From Fistulifera solaris (taxonomy: Eukaryota), in assembly GCA_030295235.1 (NCBI GenBank), contig AP026140.1, positions 124,001 to 188,000 on the forward strand: a stretch of 64,000 bases of DNA, written 5' to 3'. The position numbers and the translations under genes were made by a program. Positions within the stretch are counted from its first letter, which is position 1. Every line of letters starts with the position of its first letter. The notes beneath the pieces were generated by a model that was not told the origin of the DNA, searched no databases, and was given only the letters and a program-made list of their open reading frames with translations. Below, in pieces: positions 37,848-50,590 of the stretch.

Positions 37848-39695
37848 GATTAAGGCTTTGTACTTGCCGACGTCTCTTCAAATATTGAATAGCAGGGTAA
37901 AAGATGATTTCAAATTGATCATCATCGCATTCGACGACGAATCATCGATACAATGCGAAATGCGGTCGCAGAACGCGGCGCAAGATGCGCGGTGTGAAAC
38001 GTAGAACCTACACTTGCGCCTATAGTGAATATTGAGGGGGATGATGGAAAAGAGCGGTCTACGCGATTGAATCCGACAACAACATTAACAATAACAGCCG
38101 CATCGATTAAATTATAATGTTCAGTGAATGCTTTGTCAATCATTGCTCGAAAACTGCATTGTGGCCTTTTATTCTCATCATTTGTGCATGGATCGCGATC
38201 CCTTGATATTTACTCTAGAACAAAGTGTAGTTTGCTTTCGCCAAGACTGATTTTTCAGTCATGAACTAATGCGATTCCAAGAAAACTCTCGTTTTATGAA
38301 AATCTCGCACAGAATAGTTGCTTAACCACGGTCAACGAGTTCGTCCCAACGAATTAGAAATGTTGCTTTCGAGTTGCCCGAAGCCTTTGCTTGCTATTTC
38401 TACGATTTTAGGCTCTGTAATTGACGTCGAAATGATATTTTACACCAGTTAACACCAGTCTTAAATTATAGATCACCCAAACCTTAGTATTAAGAATCCT
38501 TTCTTGTAAAATTGAAGATTTTTATTGGTTCCATCATTTCGCATTCTCTGTAGAATTAGAATTACTAGACGATTCCTCGTGACAAACAAATCGAAGATTT
38601 TGTTTGTTCCATTATTCCGCATTCTCTGTAGAATCAGCACTACCAGTCGTCTCCTGCTGACTGTCACTTTGTTGACCGCGTTGCTGTCTTAAAATGGCCA
38701 TTTTGGCGAGTATCTGGTCTTGAAATCGTCGAGAACGCTGGTGATACTCTTCCTCCGTGTAGTCTTCCTCGTGGCGCATCAAGTGCAAGAGCTCTTGGAT
38801 TTCATCTCTCTGGGGTGGTTGCGGGGCGGTGGCTGTGAACCAGCTGGGTTTCCGGCACCATCTTTCGCACTCGACTTGTTCATGTTTTCAGCGCTTTATG
38901 ATAAGACTTTTCCAGCAAATGCCAAAATAAACAGCCAAACAAAGAACCGATTGCATACTACAATTTGCTTATCAAGCCTAATGGAAGGCGACGCCTCGAT
39001 TATTCAAAAAATGAGAGTCCGCTAATCCGGTTAATCCTCACCATTTTGAATACGGAGTACCAAATAGTCCGTCCTCCCCACCGAAATAATTCGTCCGTCA
39101 CCCGTATTTCAGAAGCTCAAATCGCGCGAGCAAGCTCCAACGTTCGTTACTTTTTAAAACACAACTTCTCCAGCAATCGCGAAAATTAGGACTTTGGTGA
39201 TTTTACTATAGGCCAGAAAGGGCTAAATCAAGAAATACGATAAACGGGGGTCATTACTTTTGCACAGTGAAAACAGGATTCTCTACAATCTCGTATCACA
39301 GAAATCTGCTGTTTTTTGGGGTTTGATTTTGGCATAATACATTTCGTCTTTTGTACGTTGATATTCATTATTTGATAGTAAAACTTTTCCGCCATACAGG
39401 CGTCAGCCACAATCTGGACACGGAGTTTTCAACAAACATCTTTTCTGTGTGTTCGCTCCAGAAATTCTGGAAACAGCGATCTTTTCATACAGAGATTCTG
39501 AGTACCGGTACTTTGGCTACGTAGTACTTTGACACTCGCCTTATAATACGGAGTAAAAAACTTTGGGTCATCACGCGTTGCGGGTCGTTTTCTGAAAAAG
39601 AGACATTTTTTATTGTCGTTCTATTTCATTTGATAATAGGAAGCCCCCTGGCTGTCATCCTTCAAATATATCTTCTTTTAATTGCTCAAACAATT

Positions 39696-41070
39696 ATGTG
39701 GAATTCATCGAACGCCTACAGGGCGAATCGATTGCTCGAAAACATGCTCTTACTAATGCTACTTGTTCTTCCGTTTCTCGCGCATGCCGTCGACACAAAT
39801 CACGCCGAAAAGTTAAAACAGCACATTGATATGTTTGTACCTGTCCCGGAGATTCAAGTTTTAGGACCTACAATATTTCCGAAACCAACGGATGTCATTG
39901 AAGACGGGCAGCCCGCATTGAAACCATATTCCGGAAAGCACCGTCCCGATCAAGATGCCGTCTTTGCCTACGCTTCCGAATACAAGCTGGAGAACTATGT
40001 TACCTTCATTGAATCACTCCGCGCAACCGGATTTAAAGGAGATATCGTTCTCAGTGTCAGTCAGCTCAATGTTGATGACCCCCCTACAAAAACATACCTC
40101 GAATCCGTTCCCAACCTCGTGCTTTATGTCCCTGAGCTCGTCTGTTACAACTTTGAAGGCGAAGCCGTTGAATCGGCCAAAGGAGGTATTCGTACCTGTC
40201 AGTGTCATCACTTGTATGCTGATTCCACGGGAACTCCATTGAAGGATCCTCGTCCCGCTCGGACTATTGCGACTATCCGGTACGAACTGTATTGGTTATG
40301 GACGCAAAATTATCACAAGGATCGCTGGATCTTGTTAGTTGACGCGCGTGATACGTTCTTTCAATCAGATCCGTTTGCCAATGTTCCACGTCAAACGGAT
40401 CCGTCACTTCGATCCGGTTTGCTTTACTTTTTTGGAGAAAATGTGGACGCCACACGCTTGGGGAAATCCAAATCCAATAACAAATGGTTGACGAATGCGT
40501 ACGGTGATATGGTGGCGGAAGCCTTGCGAGAAAAAGCCGACGATTTGTTCGGGAGCGACCTTGGGAGAACAAGTGGCGCTCGAAGCGTATGCCCGGGCCA
40601 TGTCGGCCGAGTACGATGATACACGCGTTGTTCTCATGGGAGCGGATCAGGGTTTCCATAACTTTCTTTACTACAGCGGGAAGTTACGGTATGCGCAGGC
40701 GATTCACGATATTGTGGTATTTGATCAAGGGATGGGTACGTGTTGTAGTCGAGTGATTTCTATAAAAATATCTCGCTCCACTCACTGCGTATGTTTGTTT
40801 CTATTCTTTCTTTTTTACAGGTATAGTCAACAATATGGGCGCATTACGAACGAAGGAGTTAGACGAATGGGGAAACGGTCATATTTTGAAAGAATTACCT
40901 CCAAACACACACGGAAAGCCCAATTACGAAGTGCTAAACTGGGACGGAACACTTTCTCCGGTGGTGCACCAATTTGACCGACACAAGCTATTGTCGGATT
41001 ATTTTTTCAAACAACGAACACATGAGTTTATGATGAAAATTCGACAACGCGGAGGCAGAAGCGCAGCTTA
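39696..41070 (+). CDS. Putative glycosyltransferase-like protein (GT-A-like DxD), signal/anchor peptide
   Basis: LLVDARDTFFQSDPF, ICSGATLG, DQGFHN, VVHQFDR. Intron 40736-40820. Frameshift in the poly-A at about 40531. Confidence 0.65.
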
Positions 41071-41884
41071 GAGGTAGTATTTCATTCAATAATTTTCTTG
41101 ATTGTATGGCGAAAAATGAATGCACCGCGGCGCTGATGAAGCTTTTAGCATTTCATTTAGACTAGCTGTAGGTTCTAGGTCAAAGGCGACAAAGTCTACG
41201 ACCGACGTCTTGAAACTTGATATCCTACAAAGCATCGATCTGTCACGCGCTTCATCTACAATCTACAACCCATAATCTCATCAAAAGTTGTGGCTAGATA
41301 ACTTCACATGAGACTCCTATTAGGGAGACTTAGCTATTTTGTTGGTCGACCTAACTCCAAAAATTATTAGCGTCATCTGTCATCTTCCTCGCCATGCCGT
41401 CATGGTCATGCGTCATGCGTCATTGTCGATGTGGAATTACTCAGTATGATTCAGTATTATTTCCAGTTTCCGTTCCCTACTTACAGACTCTGTGAAAAGA
41501 GAAATGAGACATACTGGAACTTGAAACACCAACGGCTCCCGACATCGCCGCATCTATGTATGGGCGTTGAAGTAGGCTCTGCCAATAAGATGTACACGCT
41601 TAGTGTGTCTTGTATATGTGCTGTGCAATTTATCTTACTTAGTGGAACGATCTTGTGCGACAAATTTTGTGGTAAGTAAGACACACTTGCGGCGCCTCGT
41701 CGCTACATTACATTCTACAGTAGACAATGGACGCGTTTCGGATTGGATGCGTTGCGTTTTTAGATTGAATTTTGCTTTCTTCATCGCGTCATGTTTACCT
41801 TTTCCAAAACGTTTGGCGCATTTCGTCACAAAAAGCCACCGTCACAGCCCAATCTAGCATTCTATTCACATCTACAGCTTCATC

Positions 41885-42742
41885 ATGGAAGCGCCATCTT
41901 TAGCTCAGACGCACATGCAAGGCCCCCTCGACGTGGCTGGCAGTGGCAAGCCGCTCACCCGGGAAGAATTGGAGGAAGTCAAGGTCAAACTTGCCGCGCT
42001 CGTGGAAGAGACAGGCGCCAAAGAGCCGATTCGTATGTTCATGGACGAAGTCGAAGACTCGAATTGGCGTTTCGGAGGAAAACCCGATTACTCGCTCACC
42101 AACTACAAATTCCTGTCGCAGCGTACGCGCCAGCACCCCGAAGGCAGTCTCGAAGTGACGGTCGAGAATTTGGTCAAGACGTGGGAGATGGAACGCTCTC
42201 ACAAACTCGATCCCAAGACGCACCAGTCGGTGGATCAAGAAAAATTCCGCATCTCTGCCAACGGCGGGAAAGTCTTTGAGAACGTCGAGGCCAACGAGGT
42301 CGGAAACTACAACGTCCTGCTCAACTCGTGTCCGGCCAACCTCTACAACGCGGCGGAAACGACTTGGGAACAAAGCCACGACAAGTTCCACGAAGCCTTT
42401 GCCGCCTTTCCTTGGGAAGTGTTGGATGTGTATTCTCCACCACCCAAGGTGGCGTTCACGTGGCGCCACTGGGGTGAATTTACTGGAACGTACGACGGAA
42501 ACGAAGGCAAGGGAGAGTACGTCGAAATGTTCGGATTTGCCACCGCGACAGTCAACGACAAGCTCCAACTGTGCGACGTCGAAGTTTTTTACAACCCCGA
42601 AGAATTTATCAACGTTCTCCGAGGTGCAAAGACTACGTCGGAAGTGAACGCCGCATGGAAGACAGGAGGGGGTGCCTTTTTCCTCGGCCAAGGCCTAATG
42701 AAGCAGGAGACTGAGGCACTCGTCTTACGACTGTATTTATGA
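41885..42742 (+). CDS. Pathogen-related protein family (NTF2/SnoaL-like fold)
   Basis: WRFGGKPDY, SLEVTVENLVKTWEME, FPWEVLDVYSPPPKVAFTWRHWG. Intronless. The extreme C-terminus may be frameshifted. Confidence 0.8.
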   Translation: MEAPSLAQTHMQGPLDVAGSGKPLTREELEEVKVKLAALVEETGAKEPIRMFMDEVEDSNWRFGGKPDYSLTNYKFLSQRTRQHPEGSLEVTVENLVKTWEMERSHKLDPKTHQSVDQEKFRISANGGKVFENVEANEVGNYNVLLNSCPANLYNAAETTWEQSHDKFHEAFAAFPWEVLDVYSPPPKVAFTWRHWGEFTGTYDGNEGKGEYVEMFGFATATVNDKLQLCDVEVFYNPEEFINVLRGAKTTSEVNAAWKTGGGAFFLGQGLMKQETEALVLRLYL

Positions 42743-43207
42743 AAACTCACGTTGAATCGTTCTACCAGCCCTTGCTTTTAATTGTAGAAAATAGGCCGAT
42801 CAAAATGGAAATACTACAACTGCTTTTTAGTTCTTGAGTTCTTCTACTTTCATTTGGTGCTGCTTTTTATCTACCCTTATGCCCCTTAGAATGCGTCGAT
42901 GATTTTTGGCCGTAGTTGTTCTCAGATCCTGCTTTGTAACAAAAAAATTGACCGTCTAGTAAGATAATGACGTTGTAGCCGAGCTCACCCGATTGTTTTA
43001 GTCATGAGTCATGAGTCATGAGTCATGAGTGTGTCCACTTTATAGCACTGCTTCATGCCTCACCGGCACCCGCACCTCAGAATAATAATGTCTTTTGAAA
43101 AATATTGCAACCGAGATACACCATGACGGCCGAGACAATTTGCCATTTCGATCATTCGTTGTGAAGGCACAATCAACTTTGATATCAAGCACTTTCATTC
43201 AAAAGAC

Positions 43208-44183
43208 ATGGAAGCAGTACAGTCCTTACTTCAAAAATCCCCGCCAGCGGACTTGGAAACGGTACGCATCGTTTTGTTTTGTGACCTTATAATTATTTCT
43301 TTGGCTTGGCTGAATGCCGTTGTCTTTCTACGTTTTACATAGAATTTAGAAAAGCTACGAACCAATGTCTTGAAAGATAACACAGATGCACTCGATTCCT
43401 TGTCGAAGAAATATCTCATTCCGTTTCAAGTGTGCCGGAGCGATGACCCGGGCGAACGGCCCTTTCTGCAGTGTCGATACAATCAAAAGACGGCAAATAC
43501 CGATCTCCTTGGACGAATGCCTTGCATCCAAAGACAGAAGAACCAGAAGAACGGGATGAATTTCGTTTGTTTGAACTCTCATTCAACGAGGTGTGGGATG
43601 CGTACAAAAATTTGTATTATGGTCACGAGGCGGTGGGGAGTGTCTTTTGCGCGATAATTCCGATCAAAACGGTGTGGGCCCGTTTGCGGGAATGTTTGGT
43701 ATTTCCAAGAAAAAAACGGGCTGTGGTACATGGAATAGTGTCAGTATCGTTCACGTAGAGAACGTTGGGAAAGATGATACGTTCGATTTTCGTAGTTACA
43801 AAGTCGAAACATCGGTATGGTTGGTGCTCGATGACGCAATCGTCCAAGACAGTGAGGAGACTGACGCGAAGGAGCCAGCCGCGGACTCAGTGAAAATGGA
43901 TCTCAGTGCTACTTTATCCAAAGAAATGACGAAAGAATTGAAAATCTTGCCCAACATGTTGTTTGCCAGTCATATTGAGAACATTGGAGAACTCATTGAA
44001 GCCAACGAAATGGATTTACGGTCACAATTAGAGCGAGTGAGTATACCGAAAATAGTCGAAATGATGGATATGCTAATGAAGGAGAAAGAAACCAGCTTTC
44101 GTCCTCCGGTCAATCCGCTCATAGGAATGATCATGGGTTCGGACATCCTCAAGAAGAAACTAGAAAAGCAAGGATCGAACTAA
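43208..44183 (+). CDS. CAPZB: F-actin capping protein beta subunit-like
   Basis: FLQCRYN..KYRSPWTN, AYKNLYYG..VGSV, WNSVSIV, SHIENIGELIEANEMDLRSQL. Intron about 43262-43342. Two frameshifts. Confidence 0.8.
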
Positions 44184-44337
44184 TCGACTTTATTGCTCTC
44201 ATTGGTCGTTGGCTGCATTTAAATTATTAGCGATGATTGTAACATCCGTTTTTAATGCATTCAAGCAATACGATTCAATTTTCGTAGAAAAACTTTTTTA
44301 TTACTGATATAAACAAGGAAGAGACCGTTGACTTGCT

Positions 44338-45365
44338 TTATTCATCCATCCTTTGATATTCGTCCTCCATTTCATCGCCGTGGAAGCGTTTGCGGCCACG
44401 TTCAATGTATCCGGAGGACCACCAGTGATTGAATTCGTCAAACGAAATGCGACGGTCACTGTCGGTGTCAATTACGTTGAATGCTTTCAAAGTATAGCGA
44501 TCATCCAGCTCCATTCCGAGATCCGCCAACAAAGAGCGAACTCATGCGGAGCCATGTACCCGTCACCGTCCGCATCGTAGTTGCTAAAGACAAGCAACAA
44601 GAAGGATTCATCAGCCAGAGAATTGCGGAGGGCCGCGAACTTGCGAGACGCATGAACGCCCACAAGGATGGCCAAAAGACCGACAGCTGTAATGAAGAAT
44701 CCCGAAATCATGGTAATCGTCCACATTTGAGCAATATTGAGAACACCGGCAATGATGTAAAGAAGCCCACGACCCCACACGAAGCGGAACATGTTGAAAT
44801 TACGTGTAATGATGTTGCGAAGATGGGCACGAGTACTGAGAGGATTTGTCGCCATGAAGCGTCCATCCAGAATCAGGATGAAAATACTCATAACGATCAC
44901 ACACATTCCCATTACAATGGCGTGAGCATTCCATGCATCGTCCTCCGTGGCAAATCCGGCAAACGCTGTGCCTAGAAGACCAAGTGCACCGATAAAAGCC
45001 GGAATGCGAATAAAGGAGCTTCCCTCTTCCGCTTCGAATTTCCACTTCATCAAGTGACCGTTAAAAAGACTATTGAGATGATTTTGTCTAGATTGTTCCA
45101 TGTAAGCGGATTGCGCGTCCTGTTCGGCTGTCTCTTCTTCCCCCCGTGTACTCGCTTCTTCGGCGTCATACTGCGGCTCGTCTTCTTGCGGAGGATGATC
45201 GGTTATCATCAAAGCATCATCATCATCGGCTTCTTGTGTATACCCACCATCGGAAGCTGATCGCGTGGCATGATCCATTTGGTGATTGGGATAAGCAGTT
45301 GATGCATTATGAGTTCTTCGGCTGGTCATCCGTTCTTCTTCGTTTTTGTTTCGCAACCAACCCAT
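44338..45365 (-). CDS. TVP15/COPI-associated-like membrane protein with two C-terminal EF-hands
   Basis: Four TM segments including FRFVWGRGLLYIIAG. EF loops DADGDGYMAPHEF and DTDSDRRISFDEF. Frameshift near 44530. Confidence 0.7.
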
Positions 45366-45855
45366 TCTTTCGTTTTTCTTTTCCGAAGACTCCGTTGCTA
45401 TGAAAGACAATGGATGAAATAAGTCTACGATGCTTGCATGCAACCTGGAAGAACCGTCATAAATCTGCCTTTCAACCCGATCTCCGATGGCATAAAATGG
45501 CGATTGGCGAAATCATCGCAATTTGTCGAGCTACATGGCTCAAATTTGAAAATTGGCATGTCGATTTGGTCTATAAATAAAACGTGAATAGTATCCATGT
45601 TATCCAATTGAGTACCGGTTATGTACATTCTTCGCGTTCTGTTTTCAGTTCAGCGATCCGTTCAGCGAGCACCTCCTCTACCGCGCGCGCCAAGCAAGCG
45701 CGAACGGACGAGACGAACGCGTCAATCCGTCGAACGGCGGCGGAGCTCCAACGAAAAGAGAAAAGAGATCTTCGGTCTTGCCAAAAACGTTCCGCCTTCT
45801 CGTCGTTGACTCATCGTCATCGCGACACGTTGACTTTGCGACTACAAAAAGAAAG

Positions 45856-46511
45856 ATGATGAAGAAAGCATTGTTTGCTGTGCAGGACGCAACAACCCGA
45901 GTTCTTTACGGGAAAGAAAAACAAGTTACTAAGATGAGTTTCTACGACTGTGTGGATCGCAGAATTACGGGCGAAGAGGTCAAAATGGGAGAGTTCGCGG
46001 GTAACGTTCTGTTGCTCGTGAATGTTGCTTCCAAATGAGGCTTAACGAAAGTCAATTATACCCAACTTCCCCAACTCGCCGATGAGTTTGGTCCTCGTGG
46101 CTTCAAAATTCTAGCCTTTCCTTGCAATCAGTTCGGTGCGCAAGAACCTGGCACTCCCGAAGAAATTCTGGCGTTTGTCAAGAAATTCGATCCGGATATG
46201 GATAAGAAGTTGGTCTTTTTTGAAAAAGCTGATGTGAATGGTGCGAATGCGCGTGAGCCTTATTCGTTTGTGAAGAAAGTACTTCCAGGTTCGGACGGAT
46301 CGGCGGATATTCGGTGGAACTTCGGTAAGCAATTATCTGGTTAGTTTGTTACTCATTGCATCATCAACTCATACGTAAATGTTTGCTTTCAGTGGGAAAA
46401 TTTCTAATTGATCACGAGGGAACGCCTGTGGAACGTAGTGGTGGGGACCCCTTTGAATTGAAGGACTCCATTGAAAAACTTCTTCAGAAGAAAGAAGCAT
46501 CTGCCAAATAG
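45856..46511 (+). CDS. GPX: Glutathione peroxidase, selenoprotein (in-frame UGA at 46036-46038)
   Basis: LLVNVASK-TGA-GLT at the catalytic position. The frame continues through LAFPCNQFGAQEPG and IRWNF..KFLID. Intron 46325-46392. Confidence 0.93.
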
Positions 46512-47067
46512 AAAAGCTGGCGGTACGAATACATGTCGCGTGCTAGTAATAGTGGGTTTGATTTGCGGAATAGAGATGGCAAAAGGCCGAATGATGGTAT
46601 TTACATTTTGTTAAATGCTTGAAAGATGATCTGAGATGACAAGAAATTATGTTTTTCTTTGGGTATGAATCTCGTGGTTTCTTCTCAATGTCAGAAAATC
46701 CTTTTCCATTGCTTTGCTTGGTGATAAACTCGACTAATGCTGCACGTAAATGAAACTGGATTAGATCTATGAACATATCTAATAGAAAAAATAATTTGTT
46801 CTTCTCAGAATAGGGTTTCTTTAGCTAGAGGGAAGATTGCGGTCGGAAGCCCCCATACCTATACCCCCTACTGCCCTCTCATCTTAACCAAGACTGCATT
46901 CAGTCATGAGACCGTTCTTTTTTTGTCGCGTTCATTTTCGTCATTATTGTCTTTGTGTTTCTTTCAGCAAGCAAAATGCCACCTTGTTTGTCAGAGGAAT
47001 GACAACAAGGCAGTGAGCATCAGCATAGCACGCACTTTCGTCGACGCCATTGGTTCGTTTCGTCAAA

Positions 47068-47501
47068 AACATGCGAAAACGACGAATGGGCCGTCAGGAG
47101 GGCGGTATCCTTCCTTTACACGGTGGAGAAGTACAGTCATTTGACAAGCGACGTAGGAGGAGACGCTCTAGACAGAACCGAAAATGTTTGCTCACTCTGG
47201 GTGCATCTTTGAGCATTATGGGAATCATTGTTTGTGCTTTTATCCGATTGCGTCCAAACAGGGCGTACGATTCGATGAATCATTACATTCTCTGTGATGA
47301 CGGAACTACTGTCCTCGGTCGTATAAATGATGACTATTGTGATTGCCCGGATGGATCGGACGAAAAGCTTACGGCAGCATGTTCCAATATACTAGTGCAA
47401 AGGGAACCTTTCGATGTCATGACGATAGTAGCAAGTTATTGTTCCCTTCGAGGATTCGAGACGGCGTACAAGATTGCGCCGATGCTAGTGACGAGTACTG
47501 A
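47068..47501 (+). CDS. Small membrane-anchored protein with a glucosidase II beta (PRKCSH)-like N-terminal Cys-rich module
   Basis: TM helix, then INDDYCDCPDGSDE..TAACSN. After a frameshift near 47405: FRC..PSRIRDGVQDCADASDEY*. Confidence 0.65.
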
Positions 47502-48660
47502 TGGACTGACGAGACTTACCAGGTATTGCTGCATAGACTTCGATCAGCATGGGGATGCTATACAAACGCTGTTCTCTGCTCGAAAGCATTGCTTATTCAA
47601 AACTTAAAGCCACGCGGCCACTATCTGATCAATTAATTACATCGCTATGTACAGCATTTACAATAAGAATACTGTTAGAAGCTAAGATTTTGGTTGCGTA
47701 GACTGCGGAACTAGCCCATCACCTCGATGAATTATAAGGAGTATAAATAGCGACTGAAAAGCAGTCGTGGTGACATACGAACAACACTCTGTCCTATAGT
47801 GAAATGCAAAAGAACCTAAAAGCTTTTTCGCTTCAACAATTGAATCGTGAGTTGGAAATAATGCCGAGCTAATTTCAACAAGAAAGATTGAGCCAATCAA
47901 GGTTGGCAAGTTCGAAGAAAAAACGGGGACAATAGCACATTCACGGCACCCAATAATTTTGCTTCATGACTGACAAGCAGTCGTGGATTCATTCCTTGAA
48001 CCATCACTTTGGTCCATAGTAAATACGCAGGCAAAGTTTCGCTAGGCTCTATGACGTACCAATATCAAGGCATGTAATGATACGTTACTTAAGCTAATGC
48101 ATCGTAATAAGGACAAATGGAGCTCAAAGAATCTGTCGAACAAACGATTTTTCGGCAGGTAGCTTGAAAGATTACATTACTTTCAACTATTTTAGTGGAC
48201 ATCCATTGTCCACTGGGTTAGTTGTGTTTCTCTAACTCGATTAGGGATTCGGTTCTCTTGTAGGGATAGGACGTAAGCATAGTAAAATCTAGCCATTTTT
48301 TTTTAGATGCAGTTTTCCCTATTATGAATCAGACGGAAATTCTGAGTGAAGTGTCCGAATGTCTCGGAGATTAGAAAAGTCGCCTCTGGCATCAAAACAA
48401 AGCCATTTTCGTCTCCAATACCATTCTTTGTTATCAATAAAAAGTTGTTCGTCGAAAACTAGCGTAGTAAACTCTATAGTCCGGAGTAGGAAATAGCTAA
48501 TCGCCTTTCGTACAGTATCTTAGTGGTACTACTTTTCTATTCAAGAACACGTCATCCCAAACCCGCGCTGATCGTTTTGCCACCATACAAAATCTCGTCC
48601 ACCGCCGACAATACGACGACAACATCCAAAAGCAAAACAACAAAAACGACATTTTCGTTC

Positions 48661-50051
48661 ATGCGAAAGGCTCTCTTTCTCTTCATTTCCTTCCTTATCG
48701 GTTCGACTCATTCCTTCAGTATGACAGCAACAAACGGCAATCACATTCTTCAGCGAATTACCCCGCAAGATGTCTCTATGGAAATCAAACATCCCGTCGA
48801 TCCGCAAGCGCTCGAGCAAGCAACGGCTATTATCAACGAACTCCGCAATGAGCAAGGAACGGTGACAGATGAATCGCTACTACAAGTCGCAAAACGCCTC
48901 GGTGATATTCCGGCCGATGCTTCGTCGTGTATTGTCTCCAAAGAGGATTGTCGCGCGGCTTTTGACAATCTTTCGGAACATGATCGGACCGCTCTCTCCA
49001 ATATATACAACCGCGTCAAAGCCTTCGCTACGATGCAACGAAACAGTGTAAAAGACATGGAAATGGACATTCCGGGAGGAAAAGCGGGTCACACGGTGTC
49101 CGCGTGTCGGGCCGCGGGTTGTTATGCTCCCGGTGGACGCTATCCGTTGCCGTCGTCGGTCATCATGACGGCCGTCACGGCACGGGCTGCCGGTTGTGAA
49201 ACCGTAGTACTTGCCAGTCCCCGACCGGCACCGATCACACTGGCGGCGGCGCATTTGGCCGGTGCTGATTTGGTGTTGTGTGTGGGTGGTGCACAAGCGA
49301 TTGCGGCCATGGCGTATGGCTCGGAAACCATTCCGCGATGCGATGTTATTTGTGGTCCGGGCAACAAATGGGTGACAGCGGCCAAGTCGATCGTCAATGG
49401 GCATTGTGGCATTGATATGCTGGCGGGACCGTCGGAAGTGCTGGTCATTTGCGACGACACGGCGAACCCGACAGTGGTCGCGGCCGATTTGATTGCACAA
49501 GCGGAACATGACGTTGTGGCACGAGCCATTCTCTTGTGTACTTCGCAAGAAATTATTGATCAAGTAGATCAAGAAGTTGCTAAACAACTGGAGAGCTTAC
49601 CAGAACCGAACAAGAGCACTGCGGCGGAAGCTTTGAAACAGAGTTTTGCCGTACATTGCGACAGCATCGAAGAATGTATCAAGATATCGGACGACATTGC
49701 CCCCGAGCATTTGGAAATTCAAACGCGCGATGCTATGAAAGTTGGTCAATCCTGTATGAATTATGGAGGGTTGTTTGTGGGTGAGCACGCAGCGGAAGTT
49801 TTGGGAGATTATGGTGCTGGACCCAATCACACGCTGCCCACCGGAGGAACGGGACGCTACACAGGAGGACTAAGTGTCTTCAATTTTTGCGTATTAGAAC
49901 TTGGATGAGAATCGATGACAAGAAGGAAAGTCAATCTATGGTGGATGACAGCATCATCATGGCCAGATTGGAAGGCCTAGAGGGTCATGCTAGAGCAGCC
50001 GAGACAAGAAGTCTCACTAAAACACCAGCCTTCAAGCAACCCAAAGTATAA
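48661..50051 (+). CDS. hisD: Histidinol dehydrogenase, probably plastid-targeted
   Basis: YAPGG..LPSS, GGAQAIAAMAYG, GPGNKWVTAAK, IDMLAGPSE, QAEHD, APEHL, GPNHTLPT. Signal peptide ending THS|F. Frameshift near 49885. Confidence 0.95.
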
Positions 50052-50590
50052 GTAGTTTGTAATGAACGAAGTTTACAGATATGTTCGACTTGACATGTTA
50101 TGAACACATTAAGTACGCTGAAAATTCCCAACTACCAACTTTGTCTAGTTTGAATCTCTTCCTAGATTGAACGTTTCATCCAAATATTCGTTGTCTGGCA
50201 CACTATTATTTAAGTTCATTGATAGTGGCATCTCTTCTAGTTTATTTCAGAGAGTGACATTCGAACAACTAAATACGAGAGTCTCTTACTAAAACCACTC
50301 GAACGCTTTCAGGCGAATTTAGAAAGGTTTTTCTAGAGAGACGACTCGGAGACTTTAAAGAATTTCTCTCTAGTCTTTTCTCGTCTATCTCGTGACCCAG
50401 CGGAGTAACTTTTTAACTCTTATCTCTTTTGTTTTTCTGGCTCGACATTGTTCGCTCTCGTTCCTCTATAGTCCGATGGCGTTACGGTACTCCTACTTTT
50501 TGTCGAACAGTGTCCTCTATTCAGGGGCCTAATTACTTTGTAATGAAAACCGTAACACAAGACCACAGTAGATACAGACTGATACAGGAT

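Noticed and set aside
38495..38890. Roughly 76-bp degenerate duplication and a short stop-interrupted minus-strand frame
   Set aside because: No recognisable homology or termini, so it cannot be supported as a gene or TE.
41900..42691. 263-aa antisense ORF (similar cases at 48880-49587 and 59154-59990)
   Set aside because: These are shadow frames of real genes caused by codon bias.
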